From the NCBI GenBank assembly GCA_963666485.2, contig CAXXUO010000001.1:1120001-1184000 (forward strand): a stretch of 64,000 bases of DNA. Direction: 5' to 3'. Positions 49,269-57,759 of the stretch are shown in pieces. The notes below the pieces were generated by a model. That model saw only the letters and a program-made list of their open reading frames with translations, did no database searches and was not told the origin of the DNA. Every line of letters starts with the position of its first letter. The first letter of the stretch is position 1. The position numbers were made by a program, and so were the translations under genes. The stretch comes from Syntrophorhabdaceae bacterium (GTDB taxonomy: Bacteria; Desulfobacterota; Syntrophorhabdia; Syntrophorhabdales; Syntrophorhabdaceae).

Positions 49269-50533
49269 ATGGATTATTTCGAATACCGTGATGGAAAATT
49301 GTTTTGTGAAGATGTGCCGGTCAAGGCCATCGCACGGAAGGTGGGCACCCCCTTCTACCTGTACAGCCATGCGACGTTCGCGCGGCATTTCAACGTCTTT
49401 GACGGGGCATTCAGCCAGATCCCGCACATCGTATGCTACTCGCTGAAGGCCAACCCGAACGGGGCGCTTCTTAAGATCATCGCACAGTCGGGAGGCGGGG
49501 CGGACATCGTGTCGGGCGGGGAGCTTTTCAGGGCCCTGAACGCCGGGATCCCTGCCGACAGGATCGTCTATTCAGGTGTCGGGAAGAGCCCCGAGGAGCT
49601 CCGTTACGCGATCGAATCGGGCATCCGGATGATCAACATGGAGTCGGAAAGCGAATTCAAGACCTTGAGGAAGCTTTCGCGCAAAATGAAGCGAAGGGTC
49701 CCCGTCTCGATCCGGGTCAACCCCGAGATAGACCCCAAGACCCACCCGTACATAACGACGGGGCTCAAGAAGAACAAATTCGGCATCCTCTGGGAGGATG
49801 CAGCCCGGATCTACCGGGAAATAGCGGCCGAGGAATACCTCGCTCCTGTGGGGATCTCTTCCCACATCGGCTCGCAGATCCTCGAGCTCGGGCCCTTCAT
49901 CGAGGCAGTCACGTCGCTCAAGAGGATGATCCTCGAATTGCGGGGCCAGGGAATGGCGGTCGACATGCTCGATATCGGCGGAGGGCTCGGCATCACGTAC
50001 AAAGATGAACTGCCCCCCGGACCCGAAGGATTATGCCGGGGTCGTCGTTTGACAACCTCGGGGACATCGGGATCACGCTTATCCTCGAACCGGGACGGGT
50101 GATCGTCGGGAACAGCGGGATATTCGTCACGAAGATGCTGTATGTGAAGAAGACCGCCGGCAAGGTATTCTACATAGTGGACGGGGCGATGAATGACCTC
50201 GTGCGGCCATCCCTGTACAACGCTTATCACGATATCGTCCCGGTAGAGCAAAAAAAGAGAAAGGCGAAAGTGGTGGACCTTGTCGGGCCCATATGCGAAT
50301 CGGGGGATTTCCTGGCAAAAGACAGGGAACTTCCGGGACTCAAGGAAGGCGAGCTCGTTGCCGTCAAGAGCGCCGGGGCCTATGGTTATGCCATGTCGTC
50401 CAACTACAATTCGCGCCGCCGCGCACCCGAGGTCCTCGTCAAGGGCGATCAATTTTTCGTGGTCAGGAAAAGGGAGACGCTCAAGGACCTTGTGAGGGGA
50501 GAGAAGACACCGGCTTTTCTGGAGGTTGAATAA
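49269..50533 (+). CDS. lysA: Diaminopimelate decarboxylase, frameshifted in this sequence
   Basis: YSLKAN, HIGSQ and DIGGG in ORF 49269-50102; EPGR, GPICESGD and GAYG/MSSNYN in ORF 50033-50533. Removing one C (50013-50018) and one T (50048-50050) gives a single ORF. Confidence 0.9.
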
Positions 50534-50534
50534 A

Positions 50535-51346
50535 GTGATCGAACTGGAATTTTCAAAGATGAGCGCCAGCGGGAACGATTTTGTCATGATCGACAACCGG
50601 GACGGCAAGGTATATGACAGGTTCCCGACGTTCTGGACTTCGTGGCAAAGATATGCAGGTTCCACCACTCCGTCGGAGCGGATGGGGTCATACTTATCGA
50701 AAACTCGGCGCAGCACGATTTTCGCTGGAGATTCTTCAACGCGGATGGTTCGGAAGCAGAGATGTGCGGCAATGGGGGACGCTGCGCCGCCCGTTTTGCA
50801 TTCATGAACGGCATAGCCGGTGAAAAGATGTCCTTCGAAACGATAGCCGGCATCATAAAGGCCGAGGTCTTCGGGCAGAAGGTCAAGCTGCAGCTGACGA
50901 AGCCGGCCGACCTGAAACTCGATTACCCGCTCAACCTTGACGATAAGCAGTTCTTCGCGAGCAGCGTCAATACCGGGGTGCCGCACGCTGTCCTGCTCGT
51001 CGTCGATGTTGGCCAGGTAGCCGTTGACCAGCTTGGCAGGATGATTCGCTACCACAGCGCTTTCGGCAAAGCGGGAACGAACGTCAATTTCGTTCAGGTG
51101 CTCGACAAAACCAATGTAAAGATCAGGACGTACGAGAGGGGTGTCGAGGGAGAGACCTACGCGTGCGGGACGGGTGCCGTCGCATCGGGCGTCATCCTGA
51201 CCGAAAAATCACTCGTGACGAGCCCCGTCAATATCCACACAAAGGGCGGGGAGATCCTGAAGATCTATATAAACGACGAGGTTTACCTCGAAGGCGACGC
51301 AAAATTCATCTACAAGGGCCTGCTGCACGAAGAAGCCCTTTTGTAA
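50535..51346 (+). CDS. dapF: Diaminopimelate epimerase, frameshifted in this sequence
   Basis: FSKMSASGNDF in the first frame; GADG, EMCGNG, GVPH, TNV and ERGVEGETYACGTG in the second. Adding one C at 50624-50626 joins them. GTG 50535 follows a GGAGG RBS. Confidence 0.9.
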
Positions 51347-51356
51347 AGGAGATATC

Positions 51357-52253
51357 ATGGAACTGAAGGGTGTTTTTACAGCGCTTGTCACGCCTTTTCG
51401 CGACGGGAAAGTTGACGAGAAGGCTTTGAAAAAGCTTATTGATTTCCAGGTAGCGGGCGGGGTCGACGGGATCGTCCCCTGCGGCACGACCGGTGAGGCA
51501 CCGACGCTTTCCTACGAAGAGCACGAGAGGGTCATCGAGCTTGCCGTTAAATTTGCCGGCGGAAAGGTCCCTGTCATCGCCGGTACGGGATCGAATTGTA
51601 CCGAAGAGGCGATAGAACTTACAGCCAAGGCGAAAAAGCTGGGTGCCAATGCATGCCTGCTCACGACGCCGTACTATAACAAGCCGACCCAGGAAGGCAT
51701 GGTGAGCCATTTTACGGAAATCGCCAGAAAGACAGGCCTTCCCGTCGTTCTCTACAATATACCGGGACGCACCGGCGTGAACATGGCGCCGGAAACGGTC
51801 GCACGCCTGGCAAAGGTGAAAAACATCGTTGCCATTAAGGAAGCGGCAGGCTCGGTTACACAGGTCTCCGAGATATACCGGCTGACAAACGGCAAGTTCA
51901 CGATACTCTCCGGGGACGACGGCCTTTTCCTGCCCATGATGAGCGTCGGGGCGGTCGGGGTGATATCGGTCTTCTCGAACATCATGCCGAAAGAGCTCAA
52001 GGCCCTCTACAAGGCTTTCATGGTCGAAAAGAACATCGCGAAGGCGATCAGGCTCCATACGAAGTACATGCCTCTCTTTCAGAACCTGTTCATCGAAACG
52101 AACCCGATCCCCATCAAGGAGGCGATGTACAGGATGGGCATGATAGCACGCGAATACAGGCTTCCTTTATGCCCGATCTCGGACAAGAACGGGGAATTCC
52201 TGGCAGGCATCATGAAAGAGTACGGCCTCATCGGAAGATCGAAGAAAAAATAA
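51357..52253 (+). CDS. dapA: 4-hydroxy-tetrahydrodipicolinate synthase
   Basis: ALVTPF, GTTGE, PYYNKP, YNIPGRT, IKEA, SGDD, ETNPIP. Confidence 0.96.
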   Translation: MELKGVFTALVTPFRDGKVDEKALKKLIDFQVAGGVDGIVPCGTTGEAPTLSYEEHERVIELAVKFAGGKVPVIAGTGSNCTEEAIELTAKAKKLGANACLLTTPYYNKPTQEGMVSHFTEIARKTGLPVVLYNIPGRTGVNMAPETVARLAKVKNIVAIKEAAGSVTQVSEIYRLTNGKFTILSGDDGLFLPMMSVGAVGVISVFSNIMPKELKALYKAFMVEKNIAKAIRLHTKYMPLFQNLFIETNPIPIKEAMYRMGMIAREYRLPLCPISDKNGEFLAGIMKEYGLIGRSKKK

Positions 52254-52273
52254 AGGGACTCAAGGTGCCTACA

Positions 52274-53059
52274 ATGGTCAGGATAGCTATAACAGGCGCG
52301 TGCGGCAAGATGGGACGGGCAATAACGAACCTTGCCCTCGGCGATGCAGACCTCGAGATCACCGGCCTTATCGAGGCAAAGGGGCATCCCATGGCGGGCA
52401 AGACCCTCGATGCCGCGGGGGGAAAACTTCCGCTTATAACGGACGATATTGCCCGTGGCCTGGAAAATGCCGATGTTCTCGTCGATTTCACGGAGGCGGA
52501 GGCTTCCCTCGCATTCTTCAAGGCGGCAAGCGAAAAGGGCATAGCGGACGTCATCGGCACGACCGGCCTCAAGGAAGAGCACATGCGGCCGATACGCGAG
52601 ACGAAAGGGGCCCGGGCGGTCATATCTCCCAACATGAGCATCGGCATGAACATCCTGTTCGATCTTGCGTACAGGGTGTCATCGATCGTAGGGGACGCCT
52701 ACGATGCCGAGATAGTCGAACTGCACCATCGCTGGAAGAAGGACGCACCGAGCGGGTCCGCCCTCAGGATAAAGGACGCCGTTGTCGCCGGGCAGAGTTC
52801 TCGTCAGTGGATCGAGGTCTTTGGCCGCGAAGGGATGATCGGAGAGAGGAAAAATGACGAGATCGGCGTTATGAGTATCCGCGGCGGCGACATTGTCGGG
52901 GAACATACCCTTTATTTTGCCGGGATCGGTGAACGTCTTGAATTGACGCACAAGGCATGGTCGCGGGACAATTTCGCCCGCGGCGCGCTTCTGGCCGCAA
53001 AATGGCTGGTAAACCGGCCCTCCGGGATTTACTCGATGAAAGATGTCCTCGGGCTCTGA
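52274..53059 (+). CDS. dapB: 4-hydroxy-tetrahydrodipicolinate reductase
   Basis: GACGKMG, DFT, IGTTG, PNMSIG, ELHHRWKKDAPSG, GDIVGEH. Confidence 0.95.
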   Translation: MVRIAITGACGKMGRAITNLALGDADLEITGLIEAKGHPMAGKTLDAAGGKLPLITDDIARGLENADVLVDFTEAEASLAFFKAASEKGIADVIGTTGLKEEHMRPIRETKGARAVISPNMSIGMNILFDLAYRVSSIVGDAYDAEIVELHHRWKKDAPSGSALRIKDAVVAGQSSRQWIEVFGREGMIGERKNDEIGVMSIRGGDIVGEHTLYFAGIGERLELTHKAWSRDNFARGALLAAKWLVNRPSGIYSMKDVLGL

Positions 53060-53083
53060 CCCTTCATATCTTTAAATAATCAC

Positions 53084-53120
53084 AAGGTCCCGGGCCGCTT
53101 TTAAGGCCGGGACCTTTTTT
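53084..53120 (+). terminator. Intrinsic terminator after dapB
   Basis: AAGGTCCCGG / CCGGGACCTT stem followed by a T run. Confidence 0.75.
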
Positions 53121-53413
53121 GCCCTGTGGCTGCAAAATATCGATATTTTCGCTTTCCGGCCAGCCCGCCGGTTGCATCATTGAGCTGATGCCATTTAACA
53201 CCTTGAATATACTCATCATATTAAGATGTTATACTAACGGCCCGGGGCCCTGAAAGCCTTCTGACGGGACACCTGTCTCTGGTCATTTTTCATGGCCAAC
53301 TAATTGATAATTAAAGGCATGTTACGCTTGTTAAATTTTTCTCTTGCAAAAGACCCCCGGAATTGTTAGATATAGGAAAACAAAAGGAAAACAGGGTAAA
53401 AAAGGTACAGAAA

Positions 53414-54055
53414 ATGGCGAAATTTCTGAAGATCCCGGAAGCAACGATACGGAGACTTTCGAGTTATCTCAAGTGCATGGCGGACCTGGAAAGCAAGAAC
53501 GAAAAGGTTGCATCGAGCGCTGTCATAGCGAATATATGCAACGTCAACGCTGCCCAGGTGCGGAAGGATTTTGCATATTTCGGCGAATTCGGCATTCGGG
53601 GTATGGGCTACAACGTCAAGGACCTGAAGCGGCATATAAAAGAGATCCTGGGCATCAACAGGGAATGGCGCATCGCCGTTATCGGCGTGGGCAATATGGG
53701 AAGCGCCCTGCTTGTCTATAAAGATTTCCTGAAACAGAACTACAAGATCGTTGCCGCATTCGATCTCTATCCGGAGACAGTGATCGGGCGTATCTCCGAA
53801 AGGGTCGGTAAACCGGTAGAAATACTGCATGTTGATCGCTTGAAAGAGGTGGTGCAGGCACGCAACATCGAGATCGGGATTATTGCGACCCCGCCGGCTG
53901 AGGCACAGAAGGTTGCCGACCAGCTCATCGAGGCGAATATAAAGGGGATCCTCAATTTTTCACCGGCACCTGTGCGGACGAACGAGAACGTGAAGCTCAG
54001 GAATCTTTTCTTTACATCTGCTCTCGACAATCTGGTATATTATCTTTCAAATTAA
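53414..54055 (+). CDS. rex: Redox-sensing transcriptional repressor Rex
   Basis: IPEATIRRL, QVRKDFAYFGEFGIRGMGY, GVGNMG, GILNFSP. Confidence 0.95.
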   Translation: MAKFLKIPEATIRRLSSYLKCMADLESKNEKVASSAVIANICNVNAAQVRKDFAYFGEFGIRGMGYNVKDLKRHIKEILGINREWRIAVIGVGNMGSALLVYKDFLKQNYKIVAAFDLYPETVIGRISERVGKPVEILHVDRLKEVVQARNIEIGIIATPPAEAQKVADQLIEANIKGILNFSPAPVRTNENVKLRNLFFTSALDNLVYYLSN

Positions 54056-54071
54056 GAAATTTGAGGGATCT

Positions 54072-54281
54072 ATGTGGAAAGTGCTGGCCAACTCTGTCGA
54101 GATGCTCATTTATGCAGCGGTCTTCATCATACTTTCCCTTATCGCGGTCAAGATAGTCGGCGCAACATTCACCACGGATTTTGAAAAGAAGATAGCAGAC
54201 GAGAACAACCTGGCGCTTGCCATAATAGTCGCGTCGCTCTTCATCGGCCTCGCCATCATCGTTGCATCAATAGCAGGATAA
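54072..54281 (+). CDS. Small membrane protein (DUF350-like)
   Basis: Two TM helices around DFEKKIADENNLALAI. Confidence 0.65.
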   Translation: MWKVLANSVEMLIYAAVFIILSLIAVKIVGATFTTDFEKKIADENNLALAIIVASLFIGLAIIVASIAG

Positions 54282-54985
54282 TGAAAAGCATATTTATCAC
54301 GGGAACCGATACCGGCGTCGGGAAGACTGCCGTTGCATGCTCTCTCGCTGCCTACCTTTCGCTCAAGAAGGGGCGGGATGTCGGGGTGATGAAACCCTTC
54401 GAGAGCGGCGGCGATGCATCGGCCGGGGAGATGGCCGGCGATGCCTGGTCGCTCAAAGCAGCGTCGGGCAGCCAGGATTCGATACGCGATATAAACCCTT
54501 ATAATTTCAAGGCCCCGCTCGCCCCGGAGCCGGCGGCAATGCGGGAAAACGCCGATATCGATGTCGGCCGGGTCATGGCCGCATACAGGAAGCTGTGCGA
54601 CAGGCATGATGTTGTGATCGTTGAAGGCGCCGGCGGAATACTGGTGCCGGTCAGGGACGGCTATTTTTATTCCGACCTGATGGTTGACATGGGCGCGCCG
54701 GTCGTCCTTGTCTCGCGGCTGACGCTCGGCACCATCAACCATACGCTCCTGTCATGCCGTTACCTGAAGTCGATCGGCGTCGAAGTCTCCGGTGTCATAC
54801 TCAACGACATGACCGGGGAGAACGACATAGCGTCAGAGACAAACCCGGAAATGCTCCGGAAATACCTCGAAGTCCCGCTGCTCGGCATATTCCCGCATGA
54901 GCCGGACCTTTTCGCCCAGGCCGTCGGCCGGGAAAAACTCGCGACCCTTTTCGAAAAAAATATCAACTGCGAAATATTTAAATGA
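54281..54985 (+). CDS. bioD: Dethiobiotin synthase
   Basis: FITGTDTGVGKT, MKP, VEGAGG, LGTINHTLL. Confidence 0.95.
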   Translation: MKSIFITGTDTGVGKTAVACSLAAYLSLKKGRDVGVMKPFESGGDASAGEMAGDAWSLKAASGSQDSIRDINPYNFKAPLAPEPAAMRENADIDVGRVMAAYRKLCDRHDVVIVEGAGGILVPVRDGYFYSDLMVDMGAPVVLVSRLTLGTINHTLLSCRYLKSIGVEVSGVILNDMTGENDIASETNPEMLRKYLEVPLLGIFPHEPDLFAQAVGREKLATLFEKNINCEIFK

Positions 54986-55047
54986 GGACAGGCAATGGGC
55001 GATAGGGTGCAGTTGCGCAGCTTTTCCCATCGCCTATAGCCTCTTGC

Positions 55048-56238
55048 CTATCGCCCGTTTTTTATCCCCAACTCCATAAAATACTGCCGTGACCGTTCAA
55101 TAACGTCCATGGGAATACAGTACGCCAGGCGGAAATGTCCCGGTGTCCCGAAGCCCACTCCCGGAACGGCGAGGATCTTATGGCGCTGCAGTTCTCTCAC
55201 GAAGGCGACGTCATCGGGTATGGGGGAGCGGGGAAAAATATAGAAGGCCCCCATCGGCCTGACGACGGTGAAGCCCGCCTTGACAAGGATGTCGTAGAGG
55301 ACGTCACGTTTTCTCTGGTACTCCATGATATCGACGCTGTTCCTCTGGAACTTCCCGACGAGGCGCTGCATGAGTGCCGGTGCGTTGATGAAGCCGAGGA
55401 TCCTGTTCGAGAATATCATCGCATCCATGAGCGGCCTCAAGTTGGCGATGCGCGGTGATGCCGCTATGTAGCCGATCCGCTCGCCCGGCAGGGCGAGGTC
55501 CTTCGAATGGGATGTTATGGTGATCGTATCGTCATATATATTGAAGACGTCGGGGAGGACTGTTCCATCATAGAGTATTTTCCGGTACGCTTCGTCGGAA
55601 AGGAAGAAGATCCTCTGGCCTTTCTCCCGGCGTTTGTTGAGGACCGCGGCCAGCTCCTTGAGTTCATCCCCGGTATATACGACACCGGTCGGATTGTTTG
55701 GCGAATTGACGATGATCGCCTTGGTCTTCCGCGTTATAGCTTTTTCGATCTTGCCGATATCGAGGTGAAAGTCCTCGGTGGTCTCGACGAGTTTCATTAT
55801 CCCGCCGTGATTTTCTATATAGAATTTAAACTCGACGAAAAACGGGGACAGGACGATAACCTCATTGCCGGGATCAAGCAGTGATTTCAAAACGACGTTC
55901 ATGCCGCCCGCAGACCCCACTGTCATGACAATGTGATCTTTCGTGAAGGGAAGGCCTGTTCTTGAGGCGTGGAATTCGGCGACGTCGGCCCGCACATCCT
56001 CGTAGCCGCTGTTTGTCATGTAGCGATGCATTCCCGCCGTGTCGGAGGTGACGATCCTGATCAGCTCCTCCTTCAACTGTTCGGGAGGTTCGATATCCGG
56101 GTTGCCGAGGGTAAAGTCGAGGATGTTCTCCGGGCCGTACGTCTTCTTCATTTTCTCGCCTTCCTCGAACATCGCCCGGATCCATGATGAATCCTTCATG
56201 GATTTGCTGATAGCTTTTGAGATACCCATTGTGATCAC
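55048..56238 (-). CDS. Class I/II PLP-dependent aminotransferase (paralogue 2)
   Basis: FTLGNP, NSPNNPTG, DEAY, SHSKDLALPGERIG, GAFY, VPG. Start GTG 56238 or ATG 56229. Confidence 0.92.
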   Translation of the reverse strand: MITMGISKAISKSMKDSSWIRAMFEEGEKMKKTYGPENILDFTLGNPDIEPPEQLKEELIRIVTSDTAGMHRYMTNSGYEDVRADVAEFHASRTGLPFTKDHIVMTVGSAGGMNVVLKSLLDPGNEVIVLSPFFVEFKFYIENHGGIMKLVETTEDFHLDIGKIEKAITRKTKAIIVNSPNNPTGVVYTGDELKELAAVLNKRREKGQRIFFLSDEAYRKILYDGTVLPDVFNIYDDTITITSHSKDLALPGERIGYIAASPRIANLRPLMDAMIFSNRILGFINAPALMQRLVGKFQRNSVDIMEYQRKRDVLYDILVKAGFTVVRPMGAFYIFPRSPIPDDVAFVRELQRHKILAVPGVGFGTPGHFRLAYCIPMDVIERSRQYFMELGIKNGR

Positions 56239-57425
56239 CTCTTTATGATACGTTTTCCTATCCTGATGAACCCTTCGATGCTGTTCTCTATCGTTCTCAT
56301 AGGGACACAGTACGCGATCCTGAAATACCCTTTCTTTCCGAAGCCCCTGCCGGGGACGACCATGATGCGCTCATCCTGCTGCAGGCTGCGAATGAAATCC
56401 AGTTCATCGGCGACGGGTGAGCGGGGGAACATGTAGAAAGCACCCCTGGGTTTCACACATTCAAACCCTCCCTCGACGAGAGCGTTGTAAAGGAGGTCGC
56501 GCTTGCGCTGGTATTCCCCGATATCCACCGATGTCCGCTGGAATTTGGACACGGCGCGCTGGAACAGGGCCGGTGCATTGACAAAGCCAAGCGTCCTCTG
56601 CGTGATCATGAGCCCCGACTGAAGAAGTTCGGCGTCGGGCAGGCGCGGTGATATAGCGAGATACCCTATTCTTTCCCCGGGCAACGCCAGGTCCTTGGAA
56701 TGCGAATTGATCGAACACGTGAGGTCATACGCCTTGAAGATGTTCGGAAGTTTAATGTCGTCAAAAACAAGTTTCCTGTACGCATCGTCCGCAATGAGGT
56801 AAATATCCTGGCCTTCCGACCGTTTCCTGTTAAGGAGCGTCACAAGGTCCGAAATGCTTTCCTCGGAATAAACGGCACCGGTCGGGTTGTTGGGGCTGTT
56901 GATGAGTATGGCGCGTGTCTTGGGGGTGATGGCATTGGCCAGCCGGTCGACATCGAGCTGGAAATCATCCTTTGACCTGACCGTCTTCAGTTTCCCGCCG
57001 TGGTTCTGCACGTAATTGCGGAATTCCCAGAAGAAGGGTGTAGGCACGATCACCTCGTCTCCCCGGTTGAGCATGACCTTCAGCAGAATGTTGAGCCCGC
57101 CGGCGGCCCCGTTCGACATGAAAACGTGTGAGGCGGTAAAGGGGAGCCCGTATATCTCGCTCAAGTAGTCGGCAACGTCCTGGCGCACCTCTTCGTACCC
57201 GCTGTTCGACATGTACCTGTGCATGCCTTTGACAGGATTGGCAAGCGCATCCATCAGCGTTTTCAGTAATATGTCGGGCGGTTCCGTATCGGGGTTGCCG
57301 AGGGAAAAATCATAGACGTTCTCCTCCCCGTACAGTTTCTTGATCTTGAGGCCTTCCTCGAACATCCTGCGGGTCCAGCCTTCCTGGTCTGCTATCAATT
57401 TTTGGATCTGTCGGGATACGATCAT
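56235..57425 (-). CDS. Class I/II PLP-dependent aminotransferase (paralogue 1)
   Basis: FSLGNP, NSPNNPTG, DDAY, SHSKDLALPGERIG, GAFY, VPG; RBS AAGGAG. Confidence 0.92.
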   Translation of the reverse strand: MIVSRQIQKLIADQEGWTRRMFEEGLKIKKLYGEENVYDFSLGNPDTEPPDILLKTLMDALANPVKGMHRYMSNSGYEEVRQDVADYLSEIYGLPFTASHVFMSNGAAGGLNILLKVMLNRGDEVIVPTPFFWEFRNYVQNHGGKLKTVRSKDDFQLDVDRLANAITPKTRAILINSPNNPTGAVYSEESISDLVTLLNRKRSEGQDIYLIADDAYRKLVFDDIKLPNIFKAYDLTCSINSHSKDLALPGERIGYLAISPRLPDAELLQSGLMITQRTLGFVNAPALFQRAVSKFQRTSVDIGEYQRKRDLLYNALVEGGFECVKPRGAFYMFPRSPVADELDFIRSLQQDERIMVVPGRGFGKKGYFRIAYCVPMRTIENSIEGFIRIGKRIIKR

Positions 57426-57443
57426 TTAAGCTCTCCTTATAAT

Positions 57444-57474
57444 AAAAAAGCCATGGGTGTATGCGGCCCATGGC
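57444..57474 (-). terminator. Second attenuator terminator (T2)
   Basis: Minus strand GCCATGGG-CCGCATACA-CCCATGGC followed by T6. Confidence 0.7.
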
Positions 57475-57476
57475 AT

Positions 57477-57515
57477 AAAAAAAGGGCCATGGGTTCCTTG
57501 CACCCATGGCCCTTT
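57477..57515 (-). terminator. First attenuator terminator (T1)
   Basis: Minus strand AAAGGGCCATGGGT-GCAAGGA-ACCCATGGCCC followed by T7. Confidence 0.8.
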
Positions 57516-57520
57516 GTGTG

Positions 57521-57595
57521 TCAGCACAAAGGTAGGCCCGGGTGCAAGCGCCTAAAGAAGAAAAAGCCAAAAAAGAAAGAGAACATCCTCATCAT
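57521..57595 (-). CDS. Phe-rich attenuator leader peptide (24 aa)
   Basis: MMRMFSFFFGFFFFRRLHPGLPLC has 8 Phe in 10 consecutive codons and lies between a promoter and terminator hairpins. Confidence 0.8.
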   Translation of the reverse strand: MMRMFSFFFGFFFFRRLHPGLPLC

Positions 57596-57601
57596 GCCAA
57601 C

Positions 57602-57630
57602 ATTAAAAAGCAAAGCAAATTTTTTGTCAA
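57602..57630 (-). promoter_or_regulatory. sigma70-type promoter of the leader/aminotransferase operon
   Basis: Minus strand TTGACA-N17-TTTAAT. Confidence 0.7.
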
Positions 57631-57693
57631 GGGAAACCTGAATTTTGCTGCGGGGAGCACAAAGTCCCTCACAGCGCCATTGCGCCATATACA

Positions 57694-57722
57694 TTGACAT
57701 GACGGGGTTTTACACTTATAAT
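57694..57722 (+). promoter_or_regulatory. Consensus sigma70 promoter of the MoxR-VWA operon
   Basis: TTGACA-N17-TATAAT, perfect consensus. Confidence 0.85.
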
Positions 57723-57759
57723 ATAGCGGATTTTTTGACTTTTGCAAGGAGGCATTACT

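Noticed and set aside
53328..53345. Possible autoregulatory Rex box TTGTTAAATTTTTCTCTT upstream of rex
   Set aside because: Only the left half fits the consensus, which is too weak without a PWM scan.
55048..57425. Aminotransferases as DapL completing the nearby dap pathway
   Set aside because: I recognised no DapL-specific features, they are in a separate opposite-strand operon, and the leader points to Phe rather than Lys.
57310..57641. Track ORFs 57310-57570 (-) and 57402-57641 (+)
   Set aside because: They run through the attenuator hairpins. The Lys-rich stretch in the plus ORF is just the reverse complement of the Phe codons.
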